Below, piece by piece: positions 10,267-19,666 of a stretch of DNA of 64,000 nucleotides. The first letter of the stretch is position 1; every line of letters begins with the position of its first letter. The stretch comes from an uncultured Bacteroidales bacterium (GTDB lineage: Bacteria; Bacteroidota; Bacteroidia; Bacteroidales; VadinHA17). Where the stretch lies: the NCBI GenBank assembly GCA_963813405.1, contig CAWEYU010000005.1:28122-92121 (forward strand), read 5' to 3'. The position numbers and the translations under genes are program-made. The notes under the pieces were generated by a model, which saw only the letters and a program-made list of their open reading frames with translations, was not told the DNA's origin and did not search any database.

Positions 10267-10445
10267 GCCCGAAATTGACTCATGATTTGAAATCTCTGGT
10301 CTTTTAGCCCCCTTGAGAGCCCGCCCTGAACGAAGTGAATGAGGTGGTGGTGGGTTGATAATCAGCAGTTCAGGTTAATATTAATCTTAATCCGTTCTTA
10401 ATCCTGAATTAACCCGCAATTAATCTGTCCAGACTTTCTTAAACC

Positions 10446-10453
10446 TAACTTTG
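10446..10453 (+). promoter_or_regulatory. Bacteroidota -7 promoter motif (TAnnTTTG) for the PUL
   Basis: TAACTTTG lies 29 nt upstream of the probable susC-like ATG (10482). It is a motif match only. Confidence 0.4.
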
Positions 10454-10481
10454 AAAAATTATGGTCAATTATATGCAACCC

Positions 10482-13466
10482 ATGAAAAAAGTGCTTTTGA
10501 TTTTTATTTCCTTCCTTTTCTTCATACAAATAAATGCTCAGCAAACGATCAAAGGGGTAGTGGTGGACGAAAAGAACCTTCCATTGCCAGGGGTGGCAGT
10601 TGTGGTAAAGAACACTCAGAAGGGAGCTTACACTGAAGCAGATGGCAACTATGTCCTTACGGTGACTTCAAGAGATACACTGGTCTTCTCCATGTTAGGG
10701 ATGAAGATGCAGATTATTCCGGTCGGTGATAAAACCGTTCTGAACGTGAAAATGGTCGAAGAGGCTCAATCTGTTCCCGAGGTAGTGGTGATTGGCTATG
10801 GTACTGTTAAAAAAAGCGACTTAACCGGATCAGTAGGTTCAATTAAAACAGTTGATCTCACAAAAATCACCTCATTAAATCCGGAACAGGGCTTGCAAGG
10901 GAAAGTAACCGGGGTTCAGGTTACAAGCACCTCAGGAGCACCCGGCGCAGTACCTACAGTCCGCATCCGGGGTGTGGGCACTTTTAACAATAGTTCACCA
11001 ATCTATGTAGTAGATGGTGTGATTCTCGATAACATTTCCTTTCTTAACTCTGCAGATATCGCTTCCATGGAAATTCTCAAAGATGCCTCGGCAACAGCCA
11101 TCTATGGTTCCAGAGGTGCTAACGGAGTAATATTAGTTACTACCAAAACCGGAGAAAAAGGGACTGGAAAGGCCACCTTTAGTTATTCGGGAGAGTATAG
11201 CCAGCAGATATTATCAAAAAAAATAGCTTTACTCTCGGGGAGAGATTATGCCATAGTAGTAAATGAGATTACGCCAACCTATAACAACGTGGATCTGGTT
11301 CCAAATACCGACTGGCAATCCCTCATATTTCATCCTGCCTCAATTCAGAGCCATCAATTATCTGCTTCAGGCGCCACTGAAGCGACACAGTACTATGTGA
11401 GTCTGGGATATTTTAATCAGAAGGGAATTGTGGATAAATCAAGTTTTGAAAGGATTACATTTAAACTAAATAATGCCTATACTTTAACGCAAAATATTAA
11501 ACTTGGTAACTTTATATCTGTCACTCCTTATAAACAGCAGAATTCGCCTAATGTGACCTATTCTGCCTACAGGGCCAGGCCGGATCTCCTTCCTTATAAT
11601 CCGGATGGAAGTTTTGCTCAGGTTTTTAATGTCGGTAACCCTCTGGCTGACCTGGCCTATTCCAATGATTATAATAAAGGTATCAGGGGCGTCGGAAATA
11701 TCTTTGTTGAAGGAACGATATTGAAAGATTTTAAAGTTAAGACCAGCTTTGGCGTGGATGCCGCATATAATCAAAGTGTTAGTTTTACACCTGAATATTA
11801 TGTATCTCCCCAGCAACAGAATCTGCTTAATACACTTAATAAGGGTAACGGCCACAACTTAACATGGCTGTGGGAAAATACCCTCTCTTACAACAGGCAA
11901 TTTGGCCTTCATGCCATAGATATTGTTGGTGGATATACTATGCAGGAAGCATCCTCGGAGAATTTTTCTATTACAGGTAAAAACATCATCCGCACATCAC
12001 CCGATTTCTGGTATATAAATCCAATTTATATCTATGATCCAAACAATAATGTAAATACCCTTAGCGCGATTTCAAATACAGTGGATCCCAATCTCAACTT
12101 TTCAATGATCTCATACCTTTTCAGGGCAAATTACAGTTACAATTCTAAATATATTCTGACGGCTACCTTCCGTCGCGACGGATCCTCAAAATTCAGTGGC
12201 AGTAACCGCTACGGCGATTTCCCTTCTTTTGCGGCAGGCTGGATCATTTCCAGGGAAAACTTCATGAAAAAGTTTCCCTTAATAACGAATTTAAAACTGA
12301 GAGGGAGCTGGGGAATCATTGGGAATGACAAGATAGCTTATGATAAACAATATTCACTTACCACAACTATGGTAACAGTTCTGGGAATACCCCCTTCAGT
12401 AAATTCGGCCACAACATATTCTGTCTCGGGTAACCCGGACCTGAAGTGGGAGAGTACTACTCAGACTGATGTGGGTCTGGAAATCGGTCTGTTCAAGAAC
12501 AAGCTCTCAGGAGAATTTGACTATTATAATCGTGTTACAAAGGATATACTGATACCATTGTCTACACCCGATTACCTGGGAAATGGACAAAGCGCCAAAG
12601 TTGATTTCAACGCTGCATCAATTAACAACAGTGGTCTTGAAAGTAAAATTACCTGGCGCGATAAAGCTGGTGAAGTAACATATAGCATATCAGTTAACGG
12701 ATCGACTCTGAAGAACAAAGTTTTAAAGGTCGGTGGCACCAGTGGAATCGATTCGGTTTTGTTGGGCGGATATCTCGCAAACGGAATTACTGTCACCCAG
12801 AGCAGGGTAGGACTGCCCATTGGAGCTTTCTACGGATACAAAACCAACGGCCTGTTTCAGACTGCAGCCGATCTGACGGCATATCCCCATCTTTCAACAG
12901 CAGTTCCGGGAGACTTACGGATTGCAGATGTAAATAATGACGGAAAGATTGATGGTAATGACCGGACTTTTATCGGATCTCCAGTTCCCAAATTCATCCT
13001 TGGATTCAATTTTGAAGCGGGTTATAAAGGGTTCGACTTTTCCCTTGATATACAGGGAGTTTACGGAAACAAGCTTTTCAATGCCAAGGAGGTAGTCAGG
13101 CCCGATCCCTATAACTGGGAGAAACACGTTTTAGGCGCATGGACAGGTCCCGGGACCAGTAATTCGGAACCTATCGCCTCTTATGGCGGGAACAATTACC
13201 TTCCTTCTGATAAATTTGTCCAGGACGGATCATTTACCCGGTTGCGAAATGTTACTCTCGGCTATACGCTTTCTTCGGGGGTTTTTAAGAAGATAGCTAT
13301 TAAGCAGTTACGGTTCTATATTAAAGGTTCAAATATATATACCCTCGCCAGGTTTACAGGTTACACTCCCGAAATAGGAAGCGGAGATGTTCTTTCAAAT
13401 GGGATTGATTATGGAACATACCCGGTCTCATCGGTTTATTCTTTTGGCATCAACTTAACTTTCTGA
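10482..13466 (+). CDS. SusC/RagA-family TonB-dependent outer-membrane transporter
   Basis: The track ORF starts at 10461; ATG 10482 gives the signal peptide MKKVLLIFISFLFFIQINAQ. It has a CarboxypepD_reg N-domain (IKGVVVDEKNLPLPGVAVVVKNT), a VVIGYGTVKKSDLTGSV plug motif and a C-terminal barrel ending ...YSFGINLTF. Confidence 0.9.
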   Translation: MKKVLLIFISFLFFIQINAQQTIKGVVVDEKNLPLPGVAVVVKNTQKGAYTEADGNYVLTVTSRDTLVFSMLGMKMQIIPVGDKTVLNVKMVEEAQSVPEVVVIGYGTVKKSDLTGSVGSIKTVDLTKITSLNPEQGLQGKVTGVQVTSTSGAPGAVPTVRIRGVGTFNNSSPIYVVDGVILDNISFLNSADIASMEILKDASATAIYGSRGANGVILVTTKTGEKGTGKATFSYSGEYSQQILSKKIALLSGRDYAIVVNEITPTYNNVDLVPNTDWQSLIFHPASIQSHQLSASGATEATQYYVSLGYFNQKGIVDKSSFERITFKLNNAYTLTQNIKLGNFISVTPYKQQNSPNVTYSAYRARPDLLPYNPDGSFAQVFNVGNPLADLAYSNDYNKGIRGVGNIFVEGTILKDFKVKTSFGVDAAYNQSVSFTPEYYVSPQQQNLLNTLNKGNGHNLTWLWENTLSYNRQFGLHAIDIVGGYTMQEASSENFSITGKNIIRTSPDFWYINPIYIYDPNNNVNTLSAISNTVDPNLNFSMISYLFRANYSYNSKYILTATFRRDGSSKFSGSNRYGDFPSFAAGWIISRENFMKKFPLITNLKLRGSWGIIGNDKIAYDKQYSLTTTMVTVLGIPPSVNSATTYSVSGNPDLKWESTTQTDVGLEIGLFKNKLSGEFDYYNRVTKDILIPLSTPDYLGNGQSAKVDFNAASINNSGLESKITWRDKAGEVTYSISVNGSTLKNKVLKVGGTSGIDSVLLGGYLANGITVTQSRVGLPIGAFYGYKTNGLFQTAADLTAYPHLSTAVPGDLRIADVNNDGKIDGNDRTFIGSPVPKFILGFNFEAGYKGFDFSLDIQGVYGNKLFNAKEVVRPDPYNWEKHVLGAWTGPGTSNSEPIASYGGNNYLPSDKFVQDGSFTRLRNVTLGYTLSSGVFKKIAIKQLRFYIKGSNIYTLARFTGYTPEIGSGDVLSNGIDYGTYPVSSVYSFGINLTF

Positions 13467-13468
13467 TC

Positions 13469-14956
13469 ATGATGAAAATAAAAAATATCCTATTGTGGTT
13501 ACCCATCTTTATAGCAGGATGTACCGACTTTTTACAGAAGGATCCCCAGGGAAATCTTACTCAGGGATCTTTTCCAGCTACCGCCCCCGATGCTTTGCAG
13601 GCAACCAATGCGATATATGCGGCTGTCAGGAACTGGCATTATAATTCAGGAGGATACCCCATACTGGATATCATGTCGGATGATGCTTATAAAGGAAGCA
13701 ATACAAATGACCAGTTATCCACCGTAGGAGCCTATGATAATTTTACCTTTAATTCCACACAGGATGGGCTGGATCGCTGGTGGGCCAACCTCTACCAGGG
13801 CATCAGATGGGCCAATGTGGTCATAGAAAAAGTACCACCTATACAGATGGATACCATCTTAAAAAACAGGTATATAGGTGAAGCAAGATTCCTGAGAGGA
13901 CTTTTTTATTTCGATATGGTCAGGGCATGGGGTGGTGTTCCCAAAGTGACAACCTCCATCCCTCCTTTACATCTGGGAAGAGCCACAAGCACCGAGATCT
14001 ACAACCTTATCATTTCGGATCTGCAATATGCAGAAAGCCATCTGACAAAAAAAAGTGAACTCTCCTCCGTTGATCAGGGAAGAGCTACCTCCGGGGCTGC
14101 AGAAGCTTTACTGGCAAGAGTTTACCTGTTTCAAAAGGATTTCGTAAATGCCGAGAAATATGCGCTTAAGGTAATTCAGTCCAATGAGTATTCTCTGGAA
14201 CTAAAGTTTATCGATGCTAATGGAGTGATCGGAAACAATGGAGTCGAATCTGTTTTTGAAGTAGGAGCTATTGGGGTTGGAAATTTTGAAGGGGGCGGAG
14301 CACAGTATGCAAACACACAGGGAGTGAGGGGCTCTCCCAACCGGGGTTGGGGATTTAACCGACCTTCCGTTGATCTGAGAAAGTCTTTTGAAAAGGGTGA
14401 TCCCCGCCTTAAAGGTACAATCATCGATCTTGGAGATACCCTTGATGGAGTGTATATAAAAGGGGATCCACTTCCGGCCGTCGATCCTGTCATCATATTA
14501 AACAGTCATGGTGACACTATCAATATACAGTGTTTTAACAGGAAAGTCTGGACACCTGGAACCGATGACCAGACTCAATGGTCGCATCACAGACGATTGA
14601 TCAGATATGCCGATGTATTATTGATGGCCTCTGAAGCCCTGAACGAAAACGGCAAGCAGACAGATGCCCTTACATATCTGAACCAGGTAAGAAAAAGAGC
14701 CAGAGGAGGAAACAATTTGATCCTGCCGGATGTTACTACAACTGATAAAGATTTATTGAGGGACAAAATAATGCTTGAACGCAGACATGAGCTTGCAATG
14801 GAAGGAGTAAGGTTCTGGGATCTGGTTCGGACCGGGAGAGCACCCGCTGTTCTGGGACCCCTGGGATTTGTAACCGGGAAACACGAACTTTTACCCATTC
14901 ATCAGAGCGAAATAGATATTTCACAGGGTTCCTTAACACAGAATCCTAATTATTAA
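13469..14956 (+). CDS. SusD/RagB-family glycan-binding lipoprotein
   Basis: Begins 2 nt after the susC-like stop. Lipobox LPIFIAGC. Typical SusD C-terminal segment RHELAMEGVRFWDLVR. Confidence 0.9.
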   Translation: MMKIKNILLWLPIFIAGCTDFLQKDPQGNLTQGSFPATAPDALQATNAIYAAVRNWHYNSGGYPILDIMSDDAYKGSNTNDQLSTVGAYDNFTFNSTQDGLDRWWANLYQGIRWANVVIEKVPPIQMDTILKNRYIGEARFLRGLFYFDMVRAWGGVPKVTTSIPPLHLGRATSTEIYNLIISDLQYAESHLTKKSELSSVDQGRATSGAAEALLARVYLFQKDFVNAEKYALKVIQSNEYSLELKFIDANGVIGNNGVESVFEVGAIGVGNFEGGGAQYANTQGVRGSPNRGWGFNRPSVDLRKSFEKGDPRLKGTIIDLGDTLDGVYIKGDPLPAVDPVIILNSHGDTINIQCFNRKVWTPGTDDQTQWSHHRRLIRYADVLLMASEALNENGKQTDALTYLNQVRKRARGGNNLILPDVTTTDKDLLRDKIMLERRHELAMEGVRFWDLVRTGRAPAVLGPLGFVTGKHELLPIHQSEIDISQGSLTQNPNY

Positions 14957-14996
14957 AAAATTCAATTCGGTTTGTATAACTAAATGATTATCAATT

Positions 14997-16259
14997 ATGA
15001 AAAAAAAGATTCTTATTTCAAGTGTTCTAATGTTGATGACAGCAGTAGTTGTAATTCAAAGCTGTAAAAAGAGTGCAACTCCTCTCAACCTTGGAACGTT
15101 AATGGCAGGCACCATCGATTTAAATGCTGCCGCTGCTCCCACGAATGTACCGGTCATGCCCACTATAACGGCAACTTTTACAACTGATGTTGATGCGGCA
15201 ACCGCTACAGCGACAAATATAACGCTTACTCAGGATTTTGATGGCGCTGACATACCTCTGACAATTACTGTTGCCGGGAAAGTTGTAACAATAATGCCCA
15301 CCGCCAATCTGGGAAATGGAACTCTTTATAAGCTTGCCGTTACCGCAGGATTAAAAGCTACTAACGGTCAGCTGCTTACCGCAATAAACCGTTCGTTTAC
15401 TACCCTGGGTGCCTTCCTTCCCAAAGGAGTATTCGCTTACTGGAATTTTGATGGAAATGCAAATGACCAGACCGGAATTTACAACGGGGCAACAAGTACA
15501 GCTATTACTTATGTACCAGGTCGTAACGCTACAGCAGGACAGGCTGCACAGTTTAACGGGACAACCTCACTTATTCAGGTTCCTACCGCCAATGCACTTG
15601 TTAATACCAGTGACTTCTCTTTAAGTTTCTGGATGAAAGATGACACCACAGCAAAACGCGATCAATTTGTACTGGGTATAGCCGCATGGATGGGATTCCA
15701 GTTCGAGTATAATAGCAATATCTATGGCACAGGTAATACTGCACAGATAGGTCAGTGCAAACTGGCAGCTCAATACAGCTACGGCGGTACAACTCCAGGT
15801 TCAACCTCACAGGACTTATGGCTTGATGGCCAGGGTGCTACCAAGGATAATGGCGGATGGCAGGGATGGACCTTCAGCAAAGCCCTGGTTACAGGTGGTG
15901 GAACAGGCGTTAACGGTTTGTTAGCTCAAAAGTGGGCTCAGATCGTATGTACATATAACTCTACCACTAAGATTGGCACCATGTATATAAATGGTCAGAA
16001 AATGAAGGAACAGGATTTTAATCTCTATCCCGTTCCACTGTTGAATGCAACAGGACTGAAATTTGCTGGAAATGCAACTAATAACACTTTCGTTTTTGGT
16101 TTTATCCAGGATAAGGTCAATCCTACAATTACAGATAGCTGGGCTGACTATAATAATACTGCAAATGGCCATTTCAAAGGTCTTCTGGATGATGTGGCAA
16201 TCTATCACACTGTATTGACCCCTGCAATTATAACACTCATGTATAACTCTGGAAAATAG
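14997..16259 (+). CDS. surface lipoprotein with an Ig-like domain and a LamG/ConA-like lectin domain (SusE/F-position protein)
   Basis: Lipobox VVIQSC. Ig-like N-domain (ITATFTTDVDAATATATNITLTQD...VAGKVVTIMP). LamG-type core (FSLSFWMK...YINGQK...LDDVAIYHTVL). Confidence 0.65.
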   Translation: MKKKILISSVLMLMTAVVVIQSCKKSATPLNLGTLMAGTIDLNAAAAPTNVPVMPTITATFTTDVDAATATATNITLTQDFDGADIPLTITVAGKVVTIMPTANLGNGTLYKLAVTAGLKATNGQLLTAINRSFTTLGAFLPKGVFAYWNFDGNANDQTGIYNGATSTAITYVPGRNATAGQAAQFNGTTSLIQVPTANALVNTSDFSLSFWMKDDTTAKRDQFVLGIAAWMGFQFEYNSNIYGTGNTAQIGQCKLAAQYSYGGTTPGSTSQDLWLDGQGATKDNGGWQGWTFSKALVTGGGTGVNGLLAQKWAQIVCTYNSTTKIGTMYINGQKMKEQDFNLYPVPLLNATGLKFAGNATNNTFVFGFIQDKVNPTITDSWADYNNTANGHFKGLLDDVAIYHTVLTPAIITLMYNSGK

Positions 16260-16282
16260 TATAACATTTTCCAATAACTCGA

Positions 16283-16319
16283 AAAGGGAGGGTACTGCTG
16301 GCCCTTCCTTTTCTTTTTA
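16283..16319 (+). terminator. intra-PUL hairpin with T tract (terminator or attenuator)
   Basis: 10-bp stem aaagggaggg / cccttccttt with one G-U pair and a 9-nt loop, followed by tctttttat. Confidence 0.5.
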
Positions 16320-16336
16320 TTTGCTATCTTTTCGCT

Positions 16337-18295
16337 ATGAAAAACAGATTAATCTGGCTTTGCTGTTTGATATTTTTCATAGGTATCCTGTCATGCAGGA
16401 AAGATACCTCAAACAAAAATGCGGGAATAATTCAACTCACAAGTGTGAAGATTGGCAATTCAACCCTTAATGTTAGCAGCAATGTAGTTAACGTAGCCAC
16501 AGACCAGCCAATACAGTTTATATTTTCCAGCGCGGTGGATACCAATTCAATTAAAAAGGTAATCACCCTTCAAAATTCAGGCGGTACCCCTGTAGCCTGT
16601 TCTTTCACTCCCGGGAATAATCTGACAGCACTCACCCTCACTACCTATCCTGTACTGCAATATTCCACTGATTATACTCTGGTAATTTCTTCTGCCCTGC
16701 ACGGATTGAAAGGAGAGACTTTTTCAGGTGTACAGTATCAGTTTACAACAATTGCAGGTTCCATGACAATTGATTCAATTAGCATCAACGGATTAAACGT
16801 GCCAGCTTCAGCATTACAAAATATTGATCCTAAAAAAATAAACATTCGGGTAACCTTTTCCCAGCCCCTTGATCCCAACAATTACAAAGCATATTTTTCT
16901 TTTACCGGACCCCCTTTATCCTTTGCTCTTGCGAACAACAACAAGACGACACTAATGACAAGTACGGCAAAGGCAAGTGGTCTGACAAAATATTCAATTG
17001 CTGTTTCCTCCGCATTGACCTCAGCAGGAGGCTTTATCTTCGGAGGATTTTCTTCCAGTTTCTATACAGCAATCGATTCCACGTACCAATATCCACAGAT
17101 AACGGATGATGATCTTCTGACACTGGTCCAGCAGCAAACCTTTAAATATTTCTGGGATTTTGGACATCCTTCGTGTGGTATGGCACGCGAACGTAATTCT
17201 TCGGGCGATATTGTAACAACAGGAGGTTCGGGCTTTGGCATTATGGCTATGATTGTGGCAATGCAAAGAGGCTTTATTTCCAGGTCGGATGGGATCACCA
17301 GACTGGATAAGATCCTTGGATTTCTGGAAACTTGCGACCGTTTTCATGGGGTCTGGCCCCATTGGTTAAATGGTGTAACGGGGAAAACTCAGCCATTTAG
17401 TCCTACCGACAATGGAGGAGATCTCGTTGAAACCTCCTTTATGATCCAGGGCCTGCTTGCTATGCGACAATACCTCGATTCTACCGTTGTTGCCGAGAAA
17501 ACGGAAATCAACAGGATAAATAATTTATTTAAAGCTGTGGAATTTGACTGGTTTACAAACGGTCAGAAAACGCTTTACTGGACATGGTCACCGAATTACG
17601 GATACAATCTTAAGATCCAGGGCTACAATGAAACGCTGATCACATATATCATTGCAGCTTCATCTCCGACACATTCCATAACAGCCGATACCTATACTTT
17701 GGGTTATGCGAACAACGGAGGAATCAAAAATGGTAAAAGCTATTTCAGTTATCTTTTGCCCCTTGGAGGAGACTATGGCGGACCTTTGTTTTTTACACAT
17801 TATTCGTTTTTAGGTCTCGATCCCAGGCATCTCAAAGATCAATATGCCGATTATTGGATTCAGAACGTAAACCAGTCTCTGATAAATTATACCTGGTGCG
17901 TTACCAATTCCAAAAAATATCCGGGTTATGGAACCGGTATCTGGGGACTGACAGCTTCCGATAATCCCTGGGGATATAATGCACAGTCTCCAACAAACGA
18001 CCTGGGGGTCATCACCCCCACTGCAGCCATTTCATCAATAGTATATACACCGGCTCAATCATTAAATGCATTGAAGACTGATTACTATTTTCTTGCGGAC
18101 CGTCTATGGGGTAATTATGGCTTTTATGATGCCTTTGATGTGACTGAGGGTTGGTGGGCAAGCTCTACTCTGGCTATCGATCAGGGACCAATTATTTGTA
18201 TGATTGAAAATTACAGGACAGCTCTTTTATGGAATTTGTTTATGTCAGCTCCTGAAATCAAAAACGGATTGACAAAACTTGGTTTTACATATTGA
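16337..18295 (+). CDS. glucoamylase-family (PF10091-type, GH144-like) candidate endo-beta-1,2-glucanase with an N-terminal Ig-like extension of about 250 aa
   Basis: Lipoprotein-like start (GILSC). Two Ig-like segments. The catalytic region is colinear with the next ORF (FKYFWDFGHPSCGMARER, GGSGFGIMA, GYNETLITYIIAASSPTH, AIDQGPIICMIENYR). The family assignment is recalled, not searched. Confidence 0.6.
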   Translation: MKNRLIWLCCLIFFIGILSCRKDTSNKNAGIIQLTSVKIGNSTLNVSSNVVNVATDQPIQFIFSSAVDTNSIKKVITLQNSGGTPVACSFTPGNNLTALTLTTYPVLQYSTDYTLVISSALHGLKGETFSGVQYQFTTIAGSMTIDSISINGLNVPASALQNIDPKKINIRVTFSQPLDPNNYKAYFSFTGPPLSFALANNNKTTLMTSTAKASGLTKYSIAVSSALTSAGGFIFGGFSSSFYTAIDSTYQYPQITDDDLLTLVQQQTFKYFWDFGHPSCGMARERNSSGDIVTTGGSGFGIMAMIVAMQRGFISRSDGITRLDKILGFLETCDRFHGVWPHWLNGVTGKTQPFSPTDNGGDLVETSFMIQGLLAMRQYLDSTVVAEKTEINRINNLFKAVEFDWFTNGQKTLYWTWSPNYGYNLKIQGYNETLITYIIAASSPTHSITADTYTLGYANNGGIKNGKSYFSYLLPLGGDYGGPLFFTHYSFLGLDPRHLKDQYADYWIQNVNQSLINYTWCVTNSKKYPGYGTGIWGLTASDNPWGYNAQSPTNDLGVITPTAAISSIVYTPAQSLNALKTDYYFLADRLWGNYGFYDAFDVTEGWWASSTLAIDQGPIICMIENYRTALLWNLFMSAPEIKNGLTKLGFTY

Positions 18296-18300
18296 ACTAT

Positions 18301-19665
18301 ATGAAAGACTCACATTTTTTTCTCCTTTTGATTCTGATACTATTCGGTGTTGCCGTTAGCACAATCACTGAGGAACAAACTAAGGAAAGAGATAAAACAA
18401 CAGAAATCAGAGAATTATCAGATGATTCACTTTTAACTCTGATTCAGTATCGGACATTCCAATATTTCTGGGACGGGGCTGAACCTGTTTCAGGGATGGC
18501 ACGTGAACGGTATCATGTTGACGGGATATATCCTGACAACGACAAAAACGTAATTACTTCCGGTGGTTCAGGTTTTGGTGTTATGGCAATTCTTGTTGGC
18601 ATTGAAAGAAAATTTATTACGAGGAACAATGGATTGAAAAGGCTTAAGAAAATTGTGGCTTTTCTTGCAACCTCTGACCGTTTTTATGGAGCCTGGTCTC
18701 ACTGGATGTATGGGGAAACAGGTAAAGTGAAACCGTTTTCTCCCAGGGACAATGGCGCAGACATAGTGGAGACCGCTTACCTGATGCAGGGGTTACTTGC
18801 TGTTCGTCAGTATTTTAAAGATGGCACTCCGGAAGAAAAAACCCTTGCTTCAGACATCGACAGGTTATGGAAAGACGTAGACTGGAACTGGTTCACAAAA
18901 GGAGGAGAAAAAGTAATTTACTGGCATTGGTCTCCCGATCATAACTGGGAAATGAATTTTCCTGTCAGAGGCTATAATGAGTGTCTTATCCTTTATGTCC
19001 TGGCAGCTTCTTCACCTACTCACCCTGTGGCGGCTGATGTTTATTACAAAGGATGGGCCAGAGACGGAGCAATAAAAAGTAATCACGAAAAATATGGTTA
19101 CTTACTCACCCTTAATCATAACGGATCTGAAGAATATGGCGGTCCTCTTTTCTGGGCTCATTATTCTTTCCTTGGTTTAAATCCGCATAACCTTAAAGAT
19201 ACTTATGCAGATTATTGGCAGGAGAACAAAAATCAGACACTTATAAACTGGCAATGGTGTGTAAATAATACAAATGGTTTTGCTGGTTATGGAAAAGATT
19301 GCTGGGGTCTGACGGCAAGTTATTCTATAAAGGGATATGACGCGCACAGTCCGGGTGTAAAAAGTGACCTTGGAGTAATTTCCCCTACTGCCGCACTCTC
19401 ATCTATTCCGTATTCACCCGAACAATCACTTAATGCGTTAAAGCATTTTTATTACAAACTGGGGGGGGAAATATGGGGGATCTATGGGTTTTATGATGCA
19501 TTCAGCGAGCAATTTAACTGGTATCCGAAAAGATATCTGGCAATAGACCAGGGCCCTGAGGTTGTGATGATAGAGAATTATAGAAGCGGACTTTTATGGA
19601 GACTTTTTATGAGTTGTCCTGAAGTGCAGAACGGATTAAATAAACTTGGCTTTAAATACGAATAA
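18301..19665 (+). CDS. glucoamylase-family (GH144-like) paralogue lacking the Ig extension
   Basis: The track start is TTG 18292; ATG 18301 is more likely. Its motifs parallel the previous ORF (FQYFWDGAEPVSGMARER, GGSGFGVMA, GYNECLILYVLAASSPTH, AIDQGPEVVMIENYR). Confidence 0.6.
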   Translation: MKDSHFFLLLILILFGVAVSTITEEQTKERDKTTEIRELSDDSLLTLIQYRTFQYFWDGAEPVSGMARERYHVDGIYPDNDKNVITSGGSGFGVMAILVGIERKFITRNNGLKRLKKIVAFLATSDRFYGAWSHWMYGETGKVKPFSPRDNGADIVETAYLMQGLLAVRQYFKDGTPEEKTLASDIDRLWKDVDWNWFTKGGEKVIYWHWSPDHNWEMNFPVRGYNECLILYVLAASSPTHPVAADVYYKGWARDGAIKSNHEKYGYLLTLNHNGSEEYGGPLFWAHYSFLGLNPHNLKDTYADYWQENKNQTLINWQWCVNNTNGFAGYGKDCWGLTASYSIKGYDAHSPGVKSDLGVISPTAALSSIPYSPEQSLNALKHFYYKLGGEIWGIYGFYDAFSEQFNWYPKRYLAIDQGPEVVMIENYRSGLLWRLFMSCPEVQNGLNKLGFKYE

Positions 19666-19666
19666 T

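Noticed and set aside
10295-10365. Sequence resembling the cassette inverted repeat (cccccttgagagcccgccc ... ggtggtggtgggttgataatc) upstream of the PUL.
   Set aside because: Similarity is limited to short GC-rich words, and I could not align it convincingly by eye. It may be a very old solo repeat but is not supportable without a computed alignment.
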